Source: Thermodesulfobacteriota bacterium (GTDB taxonomy: Bacteria; Desulfobacterota; Desulfobacteria; Desulfobacterales; C00003060). Taken from it: a stretch of DNA of 64,000 bases. The stretch covers positions 1 to 64,000 of the forward strand of contig JAXHVD010000007.1 in NCBI GenBank assembly GCA_034189385.1. The letters run 5' to 3'. Shown here piece by piece: positions 59,027 through 64,000 of the stretch (position 1 is its first letter; the number at the start of each line of letters is the position of its first letter). The notes below the pieces were generated by a model, which did no database searches, had not been told where the DNA came from, and saw only the letters and a list, made by a program, of their open reading frames with translations. A program made the position numbers and the translations under genes.

Positions 59027-60988
59027 ATGATCCTTGTCGGTTCTTCTTTCTCAAATAAGCAAAGGAAGTTTTTGGTTACCGCATTTCTTATCTTTCTTGT
59101 CTTCCCTTGCCTCGCACTCTCTGATACGGGATTGGCTGAAGAATCGGAGTCAACGGTGATCCTGCCGCCTGTTATTGTCTCGGCTTCCCGCATACCTGGG
59201 ACCGTTTGGGGTTCGCCGGCTGACATTACTCTTATCACCCGTGACGAGATCGAAGCGAGTAATCCGAGCACCGCAGTTGATTTGCTGCGGCAGGTTCCTG
59301 GGCTACATGTCGACCAAATGGGTGGGCGAGGTGGTATCAGTTCTGTTTACTTACGTGGTAGCGATCCCAACTTCACTTTGGTGCTGATTGACGGGATTCG
59401 GGTGAATGATCCCACAAATCCCCGTGGAGGATCGTTCGATCTCTCTGTCCTAGATGTGGGAAACGTTGAACGCATGGAGATTGTTCGGGGCCCCCTGTCT
59501 TCAGTTCACGGGTCTGACGCCGTGGCGGGTGTGATAAACATTGTTACCAGACACGGTACTACTGAACCAGAGTATTCAGTCCAAATGACTGGAGGTGGGA
59601 AAGGATATTACAGCGGCAGTGTTGAAGCCCGCGGTCCCTGTTCCACGAATGGGGATTATACTCTGGCCGCAGCCTACGCAGACAACGGGGAACTGGTGGA
59701 GGGTGATCAGTTTAGAGGCAAGAACTTTAGCGGCAAAGTCACTCTTTTCCCTGACGGGGCGCCGGAGCTTCAGTGTAGTCTGTTCTATTCTGATAATGAC
59801 AGGGAGAGCTTTCCAGACGACAGCGGGGGACCTGAGTACGCAGTAATACGTGAGGTAGACAAGCGTGACTCCGAGCTTCTCATCGCAGGGCTTGAAATGG
59901 ACTTTGATCGTGTTTCGGGCTTAGAACTCACAGCAAAAGGGAGTTGGTACCATCACGAGAAGGATGCGTCGTCACCTGGAGTGGCTCCAGGTGTTAGAGA
60001 TCCCTCCGGCATTCCGCCTAATACCAGTGATAGCAGCTTAGATCGTGCAGACATTGAGCTTGCAGGTCTTTTTTCCATGTCCGAGAGGCTCTGGGGCAGC
60101 ATAGGCATTGACGGACAGTTCGAAGAGGGTGATGAGGACACGTCCTTGATCAAGTCTGGAATCTCAGTGCCTTCCCGATTCGAACTGGAGCGTGAGCTCT
60201 ACGGCTCGTTTATTGAGCTTCGGTATGGACCTGCCGCTGGATTCACTGTTGAAGGAGGGCTCCGTGTTGACATGCCTCAAGACTTTGACACAGAGGTGAG
60301 TCCCAAGATAGGTGTCATGTACAAGATCATGTCCAGTGACACAACTCTTAAGGCTAACTGGGGAAAAGGCTTCAAGCTGCCCAGCTTCTACTCACTGGGC
60401 AACGCCATCGTGGGGAATCCAGACCTTGTCCCGGAGACCAGCGAAGGGTTTGACTTTAGTGTCATTCAAGACTTGCTGGACGGTCGCGTTAGAATCAGCA
60501 TGACCCCCTTTTATAGCCGCTTCTTTGACATTATTGACCTGGAGGAAGGGCCCCCGCCACGCCTGGTAAACCGATCCGAGGTCACAGCAAAAGGCATCGA
60601 CTGGAGCTTGACTGCGAGAGTCAGTGACAGTCTTTGGTGCAATGCCAACGTGACCTATACAGAAACAGACGTGAAGGACACGGACGAGGAACTGCGAAAC
60701 CGGCCAGAGTGGCGTGGTGGAGTAAATGTCCGGTGGAAGGCCCGCAATGATCTTGTGTTCAATCTTGATGGGCTATACGTGGGTGAGGTCCTCGATTCGT
60801 CAATCCCCACTGGTGATCGCACCCTGGATGAATACACGAGACTAGACGTGAGTGCCGTGTGGAGTATGACACAGAAATGTGAACTTGCCGTAGCCATAGA
60901 CAATCTCTTTGATGCAGATTATGAGGAGGCCGTCGGCTTTCCTGCCCCCGGCATCCAGGCCCGAGCGAGTGTACGCCTGATCTTTTAA
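59027..60988 (+). CDS. TonB-dependent receptor (BtuB-like architecture)
   Basis: VIVSASR, DLLRQVPGL, VYLRG..TLVLIDGIRVND, VERMEIVRGPLSSVHGSDAVAGVINI, NLFDADYE, C-terminal Phe. Confidence 0.93.
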   Translation: MILVGSSFSNKQRKFLVTAFLIFLVFPCLALSDTGLAEESESTVILPPVIVSASRIPGTVWGSPADITLITRDEIEASNPSTAVDLLRQVPGLHVDQMGGRGGISSVYLRGSDPNFTLVLIDGIRVNDPTNPRGGSFDLSVLDVGNVERMEIVRGPLSSVHGSDAVAGVINIVTRHGTTEPEYSVQMTGGGKGYYSGSVEARGPCSTNGDYTLAAAYADNGELVEGDQFRGKNFSGKVTLFPDGAPELQCSLFYSDNDRESFPDDSGGPEYAVIREVDKRDSELLIAGLEMDFDRVSGLELTAKGSWYHHEKDASSPGVAPGVRDPSGIPPNTSDSSLDRADIELAGLFSMSERLWGSIGIDGQFEEGDEDTSLIKSGISVPSRFELERELYGSFIELRYGPAAGFTVEGGLRVDMPQDFDTEVSPKIGVMYKIMSSDTTLKANWGKGFKLPSFYSLGNAIVGNPDLVPETSEGFDFSVIQDLLDGRVRISMTPFYSRFFDIIDLEEGPPPRLVNRSEVTAKGIDWSLTARVSDSLWCNANVTYTETDVKDTDEELRNRPEWRGGVNVRWKARNDLVFNLDGLYVGEVLDSSIPTGDRTLDEYTRLDVSAVWSMTQKCELAVAIDNLFDADYEEAVGFPAPGIQARASVRLIF

Positions 60989-61250
60989 GGCGTGAGGTCT
61001 AAGGCAAACTGGCCCAAACTTCATGCCTGCCACTGGATGGGCTATCACAACGGCAAGTTGCATCCTGGGAATACATAATGGGAGGGCTTTGAACATTGTC
61101 CGAAAGCGCCCCTGAAAGCCGTAAGGAGCGCCTTTCAGAAAAATACATGATAACATCTGTTATAACTAGAAATTATAGGTTAAAAGGGCGAGGCAAGGGC
61201 ATTCTTTGAAAAACCGCATTTTGTAATTTCGGCAGGTTAGAGCCTTTAGC

Positions 61251-61358
61251 GAGACTGTCGAAAAACCCCAAAACCGTCATTTTGAGACCTGTAAACGATT
61301 GATATTATTACATGCCAATTTCGTCGAAAGGCAGTAATTCGACTTTTTCGACAGTCTC
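61251..61358. mobile_element. 108-bp MITE / internally deleted IS
   Basis: Perfect 15-bp terminal inverted repeats GAGACTGTCGAAAAA / TTTTTCGACAGTCTC, flanked by an AGC direct repeat. Confidence 0.7.
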
Positions 61359-61534
61359 AGCAATAGTTCAAATGATGCTCCTGTTTCCTGGTGTTCCACG
61401 CTTGGCCGCTGTGTTGTTCGGTTCTAATTCTTGGCCTGAACTGCCAATAGCAGGGAATTTACCATCGTGAGTTGGCTGGAGTAATCCCAGGCCAGTTGGC
61501 CTTTTCCAGAATCAACCCATCTTAGGGCTAAGAG

Positions 61535-64000
61535 ATGAAATGCTCACACTGCCAATTTGAAAATCGAGAAGATGCCAAGTTCTGCAATGAGTGTGGCAGC
61601 AGACTAGAATGTACCTGCTTGGAATGCGGGAAGGTCAATCCCCATGGGAGCAAATTCTGCGATGAATGCGGCTGTGGTCTAGCGGAAGTGTCGGAAACGC
61701 CAGAGGCAGTTCCTGCTTTTGAAGGAGAGCGCAAGCATATCACAGTGCTCTTCTCTGATCTCTCCGGCTATACCGCCCTGACCGAGAGGCTGGATCCAGA
61801 AGAAGTAAAGGCGATCATGAGCCGCATCTTCGGCGAGATTGCCCAAATAGTGACCAAGTACGAGGGGTTCATTGAGAGATTTTTCGGCGATGAGGTCATG
61901 GCCCTATTTGGTGTGCCTGAAGTTCACGAAGATGATCCTGTGAGGGCCATAAGGGCGGCCGTAGAGATACAACATGTTATGGAGGAGATGAGTCCTGAGT
62001 ACGAAGCAAGAGTGGGGTGCCACCTGGCCATGCATATAGGAATTAGTACCGGACTTGTGATCACTGGTGATGAGTACATTGGAAAAGGCAGACACGGGTT
62101 AACTGGAGACACCGTGAACCTTGGCGCCCGCCTGGCCAAATTGGCACCGCCTGGCGAGATCTTGGTGGGTCTGGACACCTATCGGCAGGCAGAGGGGTAT
62201 TTCACTTTTGAAAGTATGGAACCCACCCAGGTGAAAGGCAAGGAGCAAGCGGTCTGCATCTACAAGGTCCTGTCACCGAAAGAACAGCCCACAAAGGTTC
62301 ACCGCACCCACGGTGTGAGGGCTGACCTGATCGGCAGGAAGATGGAGATGGCCCAGCTTGGCGAAGCGGTGGAAAGGCTCCGTGAGGGAGAAAGCACGGT
62401 TATTTCTATCTCTGGTAGTGCGGGCACAGGAAAGAGCAGGCTGGTCGAGGAGTTTAAGGCCACGTTGGATCTTGAAGAGATTCAGTGGCGAGAGGCACAC
62501 GCCTATTCCTATGCCCAGAACATTCCCTATTATCCCCTGGTCGATATGCTGAATCGGGCCTGGCAGATTGACGAGGGTGATCCTCCTGAGACAGTCAAGG
62601 GCAAGCTGGAATCAAGTATAGAGTATCTGATTGGAGAGAAAGAAGATGTTATTCCATACGTAGGGAGCCTTTATTCCCTCAGCTACCCGGAAATAGAAGG
62701 CGTGAGTCCTGAGTTCTGGAAAACGCGGCTCCATCAGGCCATCCAGGAGATTCTATCAGCCTTGGCTCAAAGGGCGCCAACAATCATATGCCTGGAAGAC
62801 CTTCACTGGGCAGACCCTTCCTCTTTGGACCTCCTCCGGTTTGTTTTCTCGGAGTTCAGGCATCCTGCCCTATTTCTTCTTGTGTACAGGCCCTATTTCA
62901 GCCTCTATACCAGCCATCAGATAAGCGCTCTGGACAAATCATACCAGGAGATTCGCCTCCAGGATCTCTCTGCCTCAGAAGCCCAGAACATGACAGAGTC
63001 TCTTCTGAAGACCAACACTATTCCCTCCGACCTGCAGCGGTTCATTCTGGAGAAGGTGGAGGGCAATCCCTTTTATCTGGAAGAGGTCATCAATGCCTTA
63101 ATCGAATCCGGCACACTGATCCGCGACAACGATAATTGGAGACTTGCCAGATCGATGGGTGAGTCCGGCATATCGCCAACCATCCATGGGGTGATTTCCG
63201 GCAGGCTGGATCGCCTGGAGAAGGAGACCAAGCGGATTCTCCAGGAGGCCTCAGTTGTGGGGAGGGCTTTTCTCTATGAGATACTCAAAAGAGTTACAGA
63301 GCTGAAAGGGCAGATCGACCGATGTCTCAACGGGCTGGAACGGCTCGACCTTATCCGGACAAGGTCTCTTCAGCCGGAACTGGAGTATGTCTTCAAACAT
63401 GCCCTGACACAGGAGGTAGTCTATAACGGGCTTCTCAAGAAAGAACGCAGGGCAATCCACGAGCGCATCGGCCGCGTCATGGAGCGATTGTTTCAGGACA
63501 GGCTTTCGGAGTTCCATGAGGCGTTGGCCTTTCACTTCAAGCTGGGTCTCTCCGTCCTCAAGGCCGTTGACTATCTCGTGAAGTCGGGTGAGAAGGCCCT
63601 GAGAAGATACGCTGTTGAAGAATCTCATCAATACTTCAAAGAGGCCTTTGAACTTCTCGCGAAGAAGACCGACAAAACAAAAGAAGAAGAAGGCCTCCTC
63701 ATCGATGTCCTTAACCAGTGGGCTTATGTCTTTCACCATCGCGGAGATTTCAGGGGTCTGGCTGAGATACTGAGCGTTCATGAGGGTTTGGCTGAGTCTC
63801 TGGACGACAAGACAAGGCTTGGGATGTTCTATGTGTGGAAGGGCGTCGCCCTGTTCTGTCGAGAAAGGCATAAGGAAGGATATGAGTACCTGCGCAAGGC
63901 TCTCAAACTGGGAGAAGCCATCAAAAATCAGAAGGTTGTGGGCTATGCCTGCAGCTGGCTTACATATACCTGTGCGGAATTGTCTCTCATAGAGGAAGGC
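61535..64000 (+). CDS. Double zinc-ribbon + class III adenylate/guanylate cyclase + AAA/STAND ATPase + TPR protein (3' partial)
   Basis: MKCSHC..FCNECG..CLECG..FCDECG; ERKHITVLFSDLSGYT, FGDEVMALFG, GDTVNLGARL; GSAGTGKSRL; frame open to the window end. Confidence 0.92.
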   Translation, partial: MKCSHCQFENREDAKFCNECGSRLECTCLECGKVNPHGSKFCDECGCGLAEVSETPEAVPAFEGERKHITVLFSDLSGYTALTERLDPEEVKAIMSRIFGEIAQIVTKYEGFIERFFGDEVMALFGVPEVHEDDPVRAIRAAVEIQHVMEEMSPEYEARVGCHLAMHIGISTGLVITGDEYIGKGRHGLTGDTVNLGARLAKLAPPGEILVGLDTYRQAEGYFTFESMEPTQVKGKEQAVCIYKVLSPKEQPTKVHRTHGVRADLIGRKMEMAQLGEAVERLREGESTVISISGSAGTGKSRLVEEFKATLDLEEIQWREAHAYSYAQNIPYYPLVDMLNRAWQIDEGDPPETVKGKLESSIEYLIGEKEDVIPYVGSLYSLSYPEIEGVSPEFWKTRLHQAIQEILSALAQRAPTIICLEDLHWADPSSLDLLRFVFSEFRHPALFLLVYRPYFSLYTSHQISALDKSYQEIRLQDLSASEAQNMTESLLKTNTIPSDLQRFILEKVEGNPFYLEEVINALIESGTLIRDNDNWRLARSMGESGISPTIHGVISGRLDRLEKETKRILQEASVVGRAFLYEILKRVTELKGQIDRCLNGLERLDLIRTRSLQPELEYVFKHALTQEVVYNGLLKKERRAIHERIGRVMERLFQDRLSEFHEALAFHFKLGLSVLKAVDYLVKSGEKALRRYAVEESHQYFKEAFELLAKKTDKTKEEEGLLIDVLNQWAYVFHHRGDFRGLAEILSVHEGLAESLDDKTRLGMFYVWKGVALFCRERHKEGYEYLRKALKLGEAIKNQKVVGYACSWLTYTCAELSLIEEG

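Noticed and set aside
61000..61070. GGCAAAC as the start of a c-di-GMP-I riboswitch
   Set aside because: The GACGCAAAGC core and paired stems are absent
1..64000. CRISPR arrays, tRNA/rRNA genes, transposases, integrases, T6SS genes
   Set aside because: None recognised by eye; the repeats present are coding repeats or promoter duplications

Overview
Bacterial window; the gene content and regulatory style suggest Desulfobacterota (inference). About 1-5.2 kb is housekeeping: CBS protein, DUF5320/DUF134, orn, PilZ, glgB. The rest is a large secreted-protein island in four parts. (1) 5.5-17.2 kb: four minus-strand transcription units, each behind a copy of the same sigma-54 promoter cassette, divergent from a GAF-AAA+ sigma-54 activator. 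Their cargo is lectin-like secreted proteins, a methyltransferase-FabF-transglutaminase set and a duplicated 53-aa microprotein. (2) 19.6-28 kb: a FadL-type channel, a MalT/BTAD regulator and a gingipain-like C25 protease. (3) 28.3-61 kb: a plus-strand cluster behind a sigma-54-type promoter, with two Rhs proteins, a 4214-aa PKD-rich protein, a YdjY-like protein, a prenyltransferase-fold protein and two TonB-dependent receptors. (4) 61.2-64 kb: a small MITE and a partial adenylate cyclase-STAND gene. The main candidate new system is that both Rhs proteins carry a near-identical dockerin-like domain and the adjacent giant protein starts with a cohesin-like domain. This suggests a cellulosome-style scaffold carrying interchangeable Rhs payloads (an M35 metalloprotease and a JAB-like domain). 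No immunity genes follow either Rhs gene, and the predicted released C-termini start like mature pilins. All domain calls are by eye from motifs; no database searches were run.
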